A stretch of 64,000 nt of DNA from an uncultured Rickettsia sp. (lineage in GTDB: Bacteria > Pseudomonadota > Alphaproteobacteria > Rickettsiales > JABSSG01), in contig CAZEVK010000003.1 of NCBI GenBank assembly GCA_964515755.1, forward strand, positions 13,881 through 77,880, in the 5' to 3' direction. The notes below the pieces were generated by a model. The model did not search any database, had not been told where the DNA came from, and saw only the letters and a list, made by a program, of their open reading frames with translations. Shown one piece after another: positions 9,732 through 18,748 of the stretch. A program made the translations under genes and the position numbers. The stretch's first letter is position 1. Each line of letters starts with the position of its first letter.

Positions 9732-10404
9732 AAGCTTTATTTTTATTATAAATTAACTTGTGACTTATAAATGCAAAATAATTTACTAAAATAAAAGAAA
9801 ATAACACATCACTTAGAAAATGCTTAGATAGTGTTAGCCTACAATAGCTTATTATCAGACCAACCAAAATACCTATTACAAAAGATAATTTTAGATTTTT
9901 AGTTAAAACGAAGATTATAGGGAAAATCAAAAATCCTGCAGCTGCGTCGCCAGATGGAAAAGAACAATTACTAACGCACGAATTAGCAGTTTTCCAGAGT
10001 CCAATGTATATGTTTTCTCCACCGAAATTATCTATTGTATATGGTCTTGGTCTATTAAATGTATTTTTTATCAACTCGACCATAAGTCCAGCTATAATTG
10101 CGGCATTGAAAAATAAAAATACAAAATTCTGTTTATATTTTTGATAATGAGTAGTTAAAAAGTTTATTTTATCTTTCTTTATGTAAAAGTACCCAATAAA
10201 GGCTAATATGCCGTTTATTATAACAATAGTTGCTGCTAAATATGCAATTAAATTTACTGCTATTCTATTAAAATCTTTGCAGTATGAATTACTATTAAGC
10301 AATAAACTAGTTGATTCTAAGTCGATTTCTTGGAATTTTATAAAAGTAAAAGAGTACAATAGTATTATTATTAAGAATATATAATTTATAGTTCTTATTT
10401 TCAT
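9718..10404 (-). CDS. PAP2-family membrane phosphatase (variant motif 2)
   Basis: 228 aa, polytopic. PAP2 motifs: KNTFNRPRP (Kx6RP), SFPSGDAA (PSGH with H replaced by D), CRLTLSKHFLSD (SRx5Hx3D-like). Confidence 0.72.
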   Translation of the reverse strand: MKIRTINYIFLIIILLYSFTFIKFQEIDLESTSLLLNSNSYCKDFNRIAVNLIAYLAATIVIINGILAFIGYFYIKKDKINFLTTHYQKYKQNFVFLFFNAAIIAGLMVELIKNTFNRPRPYTIDNFGGENIYIGLWKTANSCVSNCSFPSGDAAAGFLIFPIIFVLTKNLKLSFVIGILVGLIISYCRLTLSKHFLSDVLFSFILVNYFAFISHKLIYNKNKASSHK

Positions 10405-10422
10405 GTAAATATTTAGCTAGAT

Positions 10423-11754
10423 TTAGGATACAATGCCTCCAAGGCTATTTGTAAGTAATTCATTAACATCAACATTTACAACTTTTCCTAAATATTGGCT
10501 AACGTTATTAACATGCACTGCTTGCATATATTGACTCCTTCCAGTGGTTTGATTCGCATGTCTACCAGGTTTTTCGAGTAATACTTCCAATTTCTTTCCA
10601 ATAAAGCTTTTATTAAAAGCATTTTGTTGTTCCAAAATCAAGTTTTGTAGAATTTGTAGGCGTGCATTTTTTACATCTTCTGGTAATTGTGTCATCATAG
10701 ATGCAGGAGTTCCTGGTCTAGGACTATATTTAAATGAATAAGCCTGAGCATACCCTACTTCTTTTACTATTTGCAAAGTGTCGGCAAAGTCTTTTTCGGT
10801 TTCTCCCGGATAGCCTACAATAAAGTCTGAAGAGAAAGATATATCTGATCTTGCTAATTTTAGTTTATTAATAATTTCAAGATACTGCTCAACAGTATGT
10901 TTGCGGTTCATGTCTTTAAGCATTATATTTGAACCTGACTGAATTGGTAAATGTAAAAATGGCATTAATTTTGCTTCCGATCCATGTGCATCAATTAAAT
11001 CTTCAGTCATGTCATTAGGGTGTGAAGTAGTATATCTAATTCTTTTAATTGATTCTATGTTAGCAATATATTTAATTAAAGAAGCTAAAGAATGTATCTT
11101 ACCTTGACTATCTAAGCCATGATAAGCATTAACATTTTGTCCAAGTAATGTAATTTCTGCACTACCAAGTGATGATAATTGTAATGCTTCACGATATATT
11201 TTTTCTATTGGTCTTGAAAATTCAGAACCGCGAGTATATGGCACTACACAGAATTTACAGAATTTATCACACCCTTCTTGAATAGATAGGAACGCGGAAA
11301 CACCTTGTTTGTTCATTGACTCTGGTAATAAATCGAATTTCTTTTCTTCTATGAAACTTAGCTCAATGAGGTGTTTTTTCTTACGCATTAACTCTGCCAT
11401 GAGTTCTGGTAAAGTATGATATGATTGGGGGCCAACGACAATATCAACCCAAGGAGACCTTTTAAAGATTTCTTCTCCTTCTGCTTGACCAACACAACCA
11501 GCAACGGCAATAATCATTTCTTGATCTTTATCATTTTTACGTGCAGCCTTGAATTTACGAATTCTGCCAAGCTCAGAATATACCTTTTCCGCCGCTTTTT
11601 CTCGAATGTGACATGTATTTAATACTACCATATCAGCGTTTTCAATAGTTTCAGTAATCTGATACCCAAATGGTTTTAATACATCACCTATACGAATTGA
11701 ATCATAGACGTTCATTTGACAACCATAGGTTTTAATAAATAAGTTTTTCTGCAT
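10423..11754 (-). CDS. miaB: tRNA-i6A37 methylthiotransferase
   Basis: 443 aa. UPF0004 N-domain ([13 protein letters not shown]), radical-SAM [11 protein letters not shown] and a C-terminal TRAM domain. Confidence 0.92.
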   Translation of the reverse strand: MQKNLFIKTYGCQMNVYDSIRIGDVLKPFGYQITETIENADMVVLNTCHIREKAAEKVYSELGRIRKFKAARKNDKDQEMIIAVAGCVGQAEGEEIFKRSPWVDIVVGPQSYHTLPELMAELMRKKKHLIELSFIEEKKFDLLPESMNKQGVSAFLSIQEGCDKFCKFCVVPYTRGSEFSRPIEKIYREALQLSSLGSAEITLLGQNVNAYHGLDSQGKIHSLASLIKYIANIESIKRIRYTTSHPNDMTEDLIDAHGSEAKLMPFLHLPIQSGSNIMLKDMNRKHTVEQYLEIINKLKLARSDISFSSDFIVGYPGETEKDFADTLQIVKEVGYAQAYSFKYSPRPGTPASMMTQLPEDVKNARLQILQNLILEQQNAFNKSFIGKKLEVLLEKPGRHANQTTGRSQYMQAVHVNNVSQYLGKVVNVDVNELLTNSLGGIVS

Positions 11755-11908
11755 ACTCTGTGTTTTATTCTTATATTATCTTGAATTATATTTATAATTG
11801 TTTTTCAACAGGTTACACTTAGATATTCAAAATTTATACTCCTATTTGATAGTCTAAAATTAGAATTTGGATGGAACCATTCTTATTAGCATAATTTTAG
11901 ATAATTTG

Positions 11909-12787
11909 CTAGTTTTTTCTTGTGGAAATAAATTCTGCTAATTGAATTAGATCACTTGCTTTATTTAATATGGCAAGAGAATTTATGGCTTCATTTTTAA
12001 GTTTTTCTGCTAGTTTTTTAGCCTCATCTATCCCAAGCAAAGAGATAAAAGTAGATTTACCTTTTGTTTGGTCTTGCTGTAAATCTTTACCTACTAAATA
12101 TGATTCGCCTTCATAGTCTAAAAGATCATCTGTAATTTGAAACAATAGTCCCAATTTTTCAGAGTAATTTTGAAGTGCAGTTATTTGATTATCTTTAGCA
12201 TTACAAATTATTGCAGCTGCTTGACAGCAGAATGATAATAATTTACCGGTTTTTAGCTGTTGAAGTTCGGTTATTTTTTCCAAATTAAAACTATTATTAC
12301 ACGCTTGCATATCGAGCATTTGTCCTTTTATCATTCCTTGGTAACCAATTGCATGAGCAAGCATTGTTAGTAGGTCACATTTAGTTTTCGGACTTAAAAT
12401 TTGGTTTTTACTGATAATTTCGAAAGCGTAAGTAAGTAGTGCATCACCAGCAAGTATTGCAGTTGCTTCATCATATTTTTTATGACAAGTAGGTTGTCCA
12501 CGGCGATAATTTGCGTTATCCATAGCTGGTAAATCATCATGTATTAGCGAATAAGTATGCACAATCTCAATTGTAGCTGCTATATCGATTGATTCTTCAA
12601 TATTACCATCAAGCATGTCTATTGTGGCTAAAAATAAAAATGGTCTGATTCTCTTACCTGACGCTAATAAAGAGTATCGCATTGCTTTCTCAACTAAGGA
12701 TTTACCTTGGATTAAAAGATTGATTTTTTCATTAACAAGAAAGCTATAATCTTTTATTTTTTTTTGTAGCACTAAATATGTAGTCAT
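11909..12787 (-). CDS. ispA: farnesyl/geranyl diphosphate synthase
   Basis: GKRIRP, LIHDDLPAMDNANYRRG and ITDDLLDY motifs. ATG 12787 gives a normal ~292-aa protein. The TTG 12865 extension of the ORF track reads through the structured RNA candidate. Confidence 0.86.
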   Translation of the reverse strand: MTTYLVLQKKIKDYSFLVNEKINLLIQGKSLVEKAMRYSLLASGKRIRPFLFLATIDMLDGNIEESIDIAATIEIVHTYSLIHDDLPAMDNANYRRGQPTCHKKYDEATAILAGDALLTYAFEIISKNQILSPKTKCDLLTMLAHAIGYQGMIKGQMLDMQACNNSFNLEKITELQQLKTGKLLSFCCQAAAIICNAKDNQITALQNYSEKLGLLFQITDDLLDYEGESYLVGKDLQQDQTKGKSTFISLLGIDEAKKLAEKLKNEAINSLAILNKASDLIQLAEFISTRKN

Positions 12788-12805
12788 CACTAATTTTAAA
12801 ATTAA

Positions 12806-12975
12806 AGCAAATGAGTGAACCCACTTTTGCCGTTGATTAACCTCCTTAAAGACCCTTAATTTCAAGGGTGAGTCATTTAACTAGACCATGATCTAGCTAG
12901 GGACAACTCTATAAACATGTTTCTAGATCTAAGGAGTGTACATCTGACGTGCAATGCAGAACTCACTCGGCATTA
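12806..12975 (-). ncRNA. ssrS: candidate 6S RNA
   Basis: The GC-richest spacer in the window, directly downstream of zapA. Minus-strand fold: GAGUGAGUUC (12968-12959) pairs with GGGUUCACUC (12822-12813); CUCCUUA (12936-12930) pairs with UAAGGAG (12848-12842); two internal hairpins. The 3' half resembles the remembered E. coli 6S segment UCACCUUGAACCAAGGGUUCAAGG. Ends are approximate. Confidence 0.6.
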
Positions 12976-12977
12976 GC

Positions 12978-13292
12978 CTAACATTTTTCCAGTTTGCTTG
13001 CAATATTTTCTACATATTCTGTAATCATATCAAGTGCTTTGGCAACAGATTCATCTGTAGTAGTATCAGCTTTAGGGTTAATTAGTTTAGCTTTGCATTC
13101 TTCTAACTCATCGCTGATAATTAATGCTGCCATTAAGTATATAGTGATATCATTTGCTTCTTTTTGAAGTTGAGATAATTGTTGAACTTTATTATTAAAT
13201 TTATCAGCAAGGAATTTTACATGCTCTTCCTGACCATCATCACAGTTAATGTTATGGGTATTGTTAAGTATATTTACTCTTAAAGTTGCCAT
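12978..13292 (-). CDS. zapA: cell division protein ZapA
   Basis: 104 aa. ZapA-like N-terminal beta region (VNILNNTHNINCDDGQEEHVKFLA) followed by a coiled-coil tail. Paired with an upstream coiled-coil gene, as in alphaproteobacteria. Confidence 0.75.
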   Translation of the reverse strand: MATLRVNILNNTHNINCDDGQEEHVKFLADKFNNKVQQLSQLQKEANDITIYLMAALIISDELEECKAKLINPKADTTTDESVAKALDMITEYVENIASKLEKC

Positions 13293-13294
13293 TT

Positions 13295-13546
13295 TTATTT
13301 TTTAATTAATTTTTCTAAAGTAATTAATATCCTATCACATTCTTCTATAGAGTATTTAGTTACTGTTTGTAGAGAAATATAACGATTGTTTATGGTTTTT
13401 AGATGTTTTTCTAGTCTGTGTGTTTCTGCTACGGCAGCTTTTAATTGAATTTTGCTATTTTGCAATTTTTGCTCTATCAATTGCTCTAGCCGGCCGAATG
13501 CTTGAGCTAGGTTTTTTTTACTAATTTCTAGCTTGTTTTGTGTCAT
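13295..13546 (-). CDS. small coiled-coil protein, ZauP-like (ZapA-associated upstream protein)
   Basis: 83 aa, all-helical heptad-like sequence, 2 nt upstream of zapA. Assignment rests mainly on position and composition. Confidence 0.45.
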   Translation of the reverse strand: MTQNKLEISKKNLAQAFGRLEQLIEQKLQNSKIQLKAAVAETHRLEKHLKTINNRYISLQTVTKYSIEECDRILITLEKLIKK

Positions 13547-13619
13547 AGTGTAAAAACGTTTTTATTTATTGTAAAAAAGATAAAATCTTGGTCAATAATT
13601 ATTGCTGTTAATTTTAATA

Positions 13620-14651
13620 TTAGCTTGAGATGAAGCTATATTTAAAACCATTCTCAATGATTACATTCATTTCTTCAAAGTTAACAATTTCATTATCAAG
13701 TAATATAGCTATTTCTTCTTTTATAGTAGTTTGTAATAATTCTGGTCCATCAGTATTTATTGTAAATTTTACTTCATTTTCAAGAAATGTTCTAATAATT
13801 TTATTTAATTCTTTTATATCTTTGACTATACCAAGTTTTAAATTTGAGGTAGGGCATATTTCTAAGCATATATCCAGATCTCTTAGCTTTTTCATTAATT
13901 TTTTATCTAAATGTGCTTTTATACCATGACCTATTCTGTTTAGAGGGAGAGCTTCAATTACTTTTTTCATTTCTTCAACAGATCCTTCTTCTCCAGTATG
14001 GATAGTAGTTTTTAGACCTTTTTTAGTAGCTTCTTGGTATAAATCACAGTAACTTGCATAATCAAAATCTCCAATTCTTGGTCCTGCTATATCAATAGCA
14101 ACAACTCCGCGGTTTTTATATTTAATTGCTTTCTCAAGTATAATAGTATTCTCTTTCTTAGAAAGTCTTCGATCAAGATTTAGAATTAAGCCTACCTTTA
14201 CCTCAGGGAAAGCGATCATGCTTCTATCTAATGCATGAATTGTTGCAATAATGATTTGATCAAGATCATGCTCACCTTTATTATTTCTCCACATAGGACA
14301 AAATCTTAATTCCAAACAGGTAATATTATTTTTTCGGTAGGCACCACTAACAGCATCATAAACTACTTTATTCATTGCATATGGGCTTGATTGAATTTTT
14401 TCTGTAAGATCAAAAAATTTGAGATATTTATTGAGTCTAGTTTTTGCATCTTCGCCTTTAATTTTATCTACTATTACCAGCATTTTTTGAAAGTCCCAGT
14501 AATTTTTTACTGGCATTTTTAAACCACATTCATGTGCAATATCCCAGAGAAGCGCAGGATGAGTAATGCTCCCTATATGTACATGTAAGTCTGATAATTT
14601 AGGATTTAAAGCAAAAAATTCTTGGCTTTCTTTATTCATAATTTTTTTCAC
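13620..14651 (-). CDS. add: adenosine/AMP-deaminase-fold amidohydrolase (add-like)
   Basis: 343 aa. Metal-ligand motifs LHVHIGS, TIHTGEE, RIGHG, CPTSN and NTDGP (canonical NTDDP). Overlaps the guaB 3' end by 20 nt. Confidence 0.8.
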   Translation of the reverse strand: MKKIMNKESQEFFALNPKLSDLHVHIGSITHPALLWDIAHECGLKMPVKNYWDFQKMLVIVDKIKGEDAKTRLNKYLKFFDLTEKIQSSPYAMNKVVYDAVSGAYRKNNITCLELRFCPMWRNNKGEHDLDQIIIATIHALDRSMIAFPEVKVGLILNLDRRLSKKENTIILEKAIKYKNRGVVAIDIAGPRIGDFDYASYCDLYQEATKKGLKTTIHTGEEGSVEEMKKVIEALPLNRIGHGIKAHLDKKLMKKLRDLDICLEICPTSNLKLGIVKDIKELNKIIRTFLENEVKFTINTDGPELLQTTIKEEIAILLDNEIVNFEEMNVIIENGFKYSFISS

Positions 14652-15696
14652 TCTTATAAGAAACTAGACTATGTGGATGACTTTCTCTAAGGCTTGCTGA
14701 TGTAACTTTTATAAATTGAGATTTAGTGTATACTTCACTTATGTTTACGGCACCAATTAATCCCATTGCAGCTTTTAAGCCACTCACGAGTTGATTTATT
14801 TGTGAATTTAATGAACCCCTATAAGAAACTAACCCAGATACGCCCATTGATGTTTTTTCGCTAACATTTTTTTGTCCATATCTATCGGCAGTGATATCTA
14901 AATTTAATACATCACTTGAACCCATACCTCGATATTTTTTAAATTTTTTACCCTCTATTTCGATGATTTCTCCTGGAGATTCATCAAGTCCAGAAAGTAA
15001 ATTTCCTAGCATTACACAATCCGCACCGGCTGCAATAGCTTTAGCAATATCGCCAGAGTTTTTAATTCCACCGTCAGAAATGACAGGTATTTTTTTTGCT
15101 TTAGTTACTTGCACAACTTGCTGTACGGCAGATAGCTGTGGTACACCAACTCCGGTCATCACTCTCATAGTACAAATAGATCCTGGACCAATGCCCACTC
15201 GTAAGCCATCAGCAAAGTCTGAATAAATTTCAGCTGCTTCTTTAGTACCAATACTGCCACAAATTAGATCTGCTGATATCATATTTTTAATTTTTGCGGC
15301 GCTATCAATAATATCTGTTTTCATACCATGTGATACATCAATTAAAATTATGTCTACTCCTTCTCCATCTAACGCTTTGATTCTTTCATAATCAAATGGC
15401 CCTACTGCTGCTCCAACTTTTAGATTTAATGCTTTTACATTCTTGATGGTTTCAACTTGCTGAGCAGCGGTCATGTTGCGATGTATAATTCCAATTCCGC
15501 CTATTTTAGCCAAACTTATAGCCATTTTTAAATCTGTGACTGTGTCCATTGGTGATGAAACAATTGGTAAGTCTATTTCAACATTTTTAGATATTTTAGT
15601 TTTAACATTACCGTCTAATGGACCTAAGGATGATAGTCCTGGTAGTAAAATCACATCATTGAAAGTTAGAAATTCCTCTAATTTATTATTTAGCAT
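14632..15696 (-). CDS. guaB: IMP dehydrogenase lacking the CBS/Bateman subdomain
   Basis: 354 aa. LTFNDVILLP, PIVSSPMDTVT, GGIGIIHRNM, catalytic loop GIGPGSICTMRVMTGVGVPQLSAV, ESHPH tail. The sequence goes from ..VETIKNVK directly to LKVGAAVG, where E. coli GuaB has ~120 aa of CBS pairs. Confidence 0.85.
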   Translation of the reverse strand: MLNNKLEEFLTFNDVILLPGLSSLGPLDGNVKTKISKNVEIDLPIVSSPMDTVTDLKMAISLAKIGGIGIIHRNMTAAQQVETIKNVKALNLKVGAAVGPFDYERIKALDGEGVDIILIDVSHGMKTDIIDSAAKIKNMISADLICGSIGTKEAAEIYSDFADGLRVGIGPGSICTMRVMTGVGVPQLSAVQQVVQVTKAKKIPVISDGGIKNSGDIAKAIAAGADCVMLGNLLSGLDESPGEIIEIEGKKFKKYRGMGSSDVLNLDITADRYGQKNVSEKTSMGVSGLVSYRGSLNSQINQLVSGLKAAMGLIGAVNISEVYTKSQFIKVTSASLRESHPHSLVSYKSEKNYE

Positions 15697-15699
15697 ATA

Positions 15700-17235
15700 T
15701 TATTCCCATCTTATAGTTGCAGGTGGTTTTGTTGTTATATCATATACCACTCTATTCACACCTTTTACCTCGCTTGTTATTCGATTAGACATTTTTGCTA
15801 ATAATTCATACGGTAATTGCGACCAACTGCTTGTCATAAGATCAGAAGGATCAACAGATCTAATAGCTAAAAGCCATTCATAAGCTCTTGCATCTCCTTT
15901 TATTCCAGTAGTTCTAATTCCCGTAAAGTTTGTAAATATTTCTCCAATTTTATCATATAATCCAGCTTTTTTTATCTCATCAATTACTATTGCGTCAGCA
16001 TGACGTGTTATTTCTACATTTTCTTCTGTTATCTCGCCAATTATCTGAATTGCTAAGCCCGGTCCGGGAAAAGGATGACGATTATATATATCTTCATTAA
16101 GCCCTAAAGTTTTAGAAATTTTTCTAACCTCATCTTTAAATAATTCATCTAATGGTTCATAAATTTTAAATGTCATTTTATCAGGTAGTCCACCAACATT
16201 ATGATGGCTTTTAATATTGCTTGAATGTTTAGAAGTTTTGCTGCTTTCTATTTTATCCGAATAAATAGTTCCTTGAATTAGATAGTCAACGTTTTGGATT
16301 TTTTGTGCTTCTTCTTCGAAAATGTTTATATATTCATGCCCAATTATTTTACGTTTTATTTCTGGGTCTACTACATTTTTTAATTTTGCAAAAAATCTTT
16401 CCTTCGCATCAATAATATGAAGACTCAAATTATATGGTAATAAATTTTTTTTTACTTCATCTACTTCATTAAGTCTCATTAAGCCTGTATCAACAAAAAT
16501 GCAATGTAAGTTACTTCCAATCGCTTTAGCACAAAGAACAGCCGCAGTTGTGGAGTCAATGCCACCGGATACAGCGCAAATTGCTTTTTTATCACCAATA
16601 ACTTGTTTGACGTGTAATATTTTTTGACTTAACCAATTATCTAAATTCCAGTTTTTATTAGCGTTGCAAATATTAAAAACAAAATTACTGAGAATTTCTT
16701 GACCATACTCAGAATGTTCTACTTCTGGATGGAATTGTACTCCATATATATTTTTCTTTTGATTTTCAATGGCTGCATATGAACATAACTTTGTAGAAGC
16801 AATGACTTTTGTATATTTGTCACTTAAGGTTTTTATTTCACTGCCGTGATTCATCCAAGAAATCACTTTGTTTGGTATATTAGAAAAGAGCTTACTCTTT
16901 AAAATAGAAACTTCTATTGACCCATACTCTTTGGTTAACATTTCTCCTACCGACCCACCTAGGTAATCGGCTATAAGATACATACCAAAACAAATGCCAA
17001 GAATTGGTAAATTGAGATCAAAGATTTTACGATCTATATCTGGGTAGTTTTGATCAGTAACAGACATAGGACTACCAGAAAGAATTATTCCGATAGGGTT
17101 TTGTTTAATGATTTGTTCTGCTGAAATGTTTGATTCTACGACTTCTGCACAAACACTAAACCCTCTTATTCTTCTTGCTATAAGGTTTGTAGTTTGAGAA
17201 CCTAAATCAATGATTATAATTTTATGTAGTTCCAT
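15700..17235 (-). CDS. guaA: GMP synthase (glutamine-hydrolysing)
   Basis: 511 aa. GATase-1 domain (GICFGMY, VQFHPE), PP-loop SGGIDSTT, and a C-terminal dimerisation domain ending PPATIRWE. Confidence 0.95.
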   Translation of the reverse strand: MELHKIIIIDLGSQTTNLIARRIRGFSVCAEVVESNISAEQIIKQNPIGIILSGSPMSVTDQNYPDIDRKIFDLNLPILGICFGMYLIADYLGGSVGEMLTKEYGSIEVSILKSKLFSNIPNKVISWMNHGSEIKTLSDKYTKVIASTKLCSYAAIENQKKNIYGVQFHPEVEHSEYGQEILSNFVFNICNANKNWNLDNWLSQKILHVKQVIGDKKAICAVSGGIDSTTAAVLCAKAIGSNLHCIFVDTGLMRLNEVDEVKKNLLPYNLSLHIIDAKERFFAKLKNVVDPEIKRKIIGHEYINIFEEEAQKIQNVDYLIQGTIYSDKIESSKTSKHSSNIKSHHNVGGLPDKMTFKIYEPLDELFKDEVRKISKTLGLNEDIYNRHPFPGPGLAIQIIGEITEENVEITRHADAIVIDEIKKAGLYDKIGEIFTNFTGIRTTGIKGDARAYEWLLAIRSVDPSDLMTSSWSQLPYELLAKMSNRITSEVKGVNRVVYDITTKPPATIRWE

Positions 17236-17633
17236 GTTTTATTAATACAGATAGAGTAAATCAAGTCAATCTTTATTTTGAAATTATATTATTGGAGATA
17301 GTTTATTTAAAGTAATTGAGTATCTATCTAATTAGTATAGTAGTATATACAAAGTTTAAGCTGTCTTTTGAGTTAAAGATTTAGAAATTATATAATTCAA
17401 AGATAGATAATAGGCATGATATCACAAGTTCTTGAAAAATTCTAAAGATATTATAAATGTGTTAACTAAAGCTTCTAATTTATCGATAACATATAATTAT
17501 CGCAGAAAATATATTAATATATAAAGAAAACTTTATCTAATTTTCTAGCTAGTTGTTAACTTGAAATATCTAAGTATTGATTGCATTGCTACTTTAGAAT
17601 GACTTATAATTGTGATTTTAAGATCTTTAGATT

Positions 17634-18491
17634 TCATATCTTAATCCTTTTATTTCTTTCTAATACTCTTAAATTAGCATCTTTAATAAAGGTAGATATA
17701 TCATCCAGAGCCTCTTTCCCTTGTGGTAAAATTCCTGAAAAATTTAAAAACCCATGTAACGTTTTCTTGTAACATTTTAATTTTACTTTTACGCCTATTT
17801 CTTGCATTTCTGATGCATATTTTGATATAGTAGGAACTAATATGTCTGCCTCTGCCATTAATAAAAACATTTCTTTAACATATTGTTTTGGTGAAGAGAT
17901 AAGGCTTGCTTGCTCTTTCATTGGCAGATATTGTTTTAAACAATACTCAAGCACTAAATAACTGCATTTCTCCAACCATTGATTTTTAAGCTTAGATTTT
18001 GTCGTAATACATTTAATAACGTCCGTTACAGGATAAATTAGGATTGTATAATTAAATTTAAACTTAATATTTGCTGTAATGTGAGTAACAATATTACCGC
18101 CAGCACTATCTCCCATTAATCCTATCCTTTTTATATCTCCTCCTAGCTTTTTTATGTTATCTATAATCCAAGAACAAGCTTTACATGAATCCTCTATTGC
18201 TGTTGGAAATTTATACTCTGGAGCTTTCTTATATTCTACTGCGATTATTAGACACTTACTAACATAACTCAGATGTCTTAGGATTCTGTCATAAGCTCTT
18301 ATGCTTCCTATTATCCATCCTCCTCCATGATAAAAAATTAACACAGGCAAAGATTGGTCTTTGTTAGGTTTATATATTTTGAGTTTTGTTCCTTCTAAGT
18401 CATGTATTTCTTCTACATGTAAAATTATTTTTTTGGGTCCAATAAAACTACTGGAATAATCAAAAAGCCAGCGAAAAAATTTAATTAACAT
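17634..18491 (-). CDS. alpha/beta hydrolase, HSL/Aes-type carboxylesterase
   Basis: 285 aa. Oxyanion HGGGW and nucleophile elbow GDSAGG motifs. Confidence 0.8.
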   Translation of the reverse strand: MLIKFFRWLFDYSSSFIGPKKIILHVEEIHDLEGTKLKIYKPNKDQSLPVLIFYHGGGWIIGSIRAYDRILRHLSYVSKCLIIAVEYKKAPEYKFPTAIEDSCKACSWIIDNIKKLGGDIKRIGLMGDSAGGNIVTHITANIKFKFNYTILIYPVTDVIKCITTKSKLKNQWLEKCSYLVLEYCLKQYLPMKEQASLISSPKQYVKEMFLLMAEADILVPTISKYASEMQEIGVKVKLKCYKKTLHGFLNFSGILPQGKEALDDISTFIKDANLRVLERNKRIKI

Positions 18492-18748
18492 AATTTTCTA
18501 ATTTTTAGATATCTTTTGAATTAAGCTGTTAATATTTTTTCATAAGAAGTTAAAGAGTAACAAACAGGTAAAGAAATTATTCCTATTATTACGATTATTA
18601 TAAACATGCTTTTATTAAATACAAATGCAGTGAAAAGTATTATAAATGTTGAAATTATATTTCTATAGAACTTTACCTCTACCGTTTTAAAAACTAATAA
18701 GGTTTTACTGTTTGTATTTTTTAGGATATTTGATAGCTTACGGAAATT

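Noticed and set aside
12788-12865. TTG-initiated 26-codon N-terminal extension of ispA, and the alternative idea that the 12.8-12.97 kb palindromic segment is a Rickettsia-palindromic-element-like insertion.
   Set aside because: The extension has no counterpart in IspA proteins. It contains a perfect AAGGAGG that is not placed before any start codon but does pair within the hairpin. Position downstream of zapA and the 6S-like 3' motif favour an RNA gene. No second copy of the element is seen in the window.
14891-15883. Plus-strand ORFs of 111 and 136 aa antisense to guaB and guaA. The same class includes ORFs at 464-715, 20482-20826, 37499-37777, 44363-44944, 51857-52159 and 63024-63582.
   Set aside because: All are nested antisense in genes with unambiguous family motifs, and none has recognisable domains or plausible ribosome-binding context.
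17236-17633. A 398-nt AT-rich spacer upstream of guaA. I considered it as a replication origin, a purine riboswitch or a leaderless promoter (TTGACT-16-TATTAA ending 6 nt before the guaA ATG). It also contains a TTATCGATAA palindrome at 17480-17489.
   Set aside because: There are no TTATCCACA-like DnaA boxes with fewer than 2 mismatches. None of the conserved purine-riboswitch core sequences is present on the guaA strand. Promoter-like hexamers occur by chance at this A+T content. Left as unexplained spacer.
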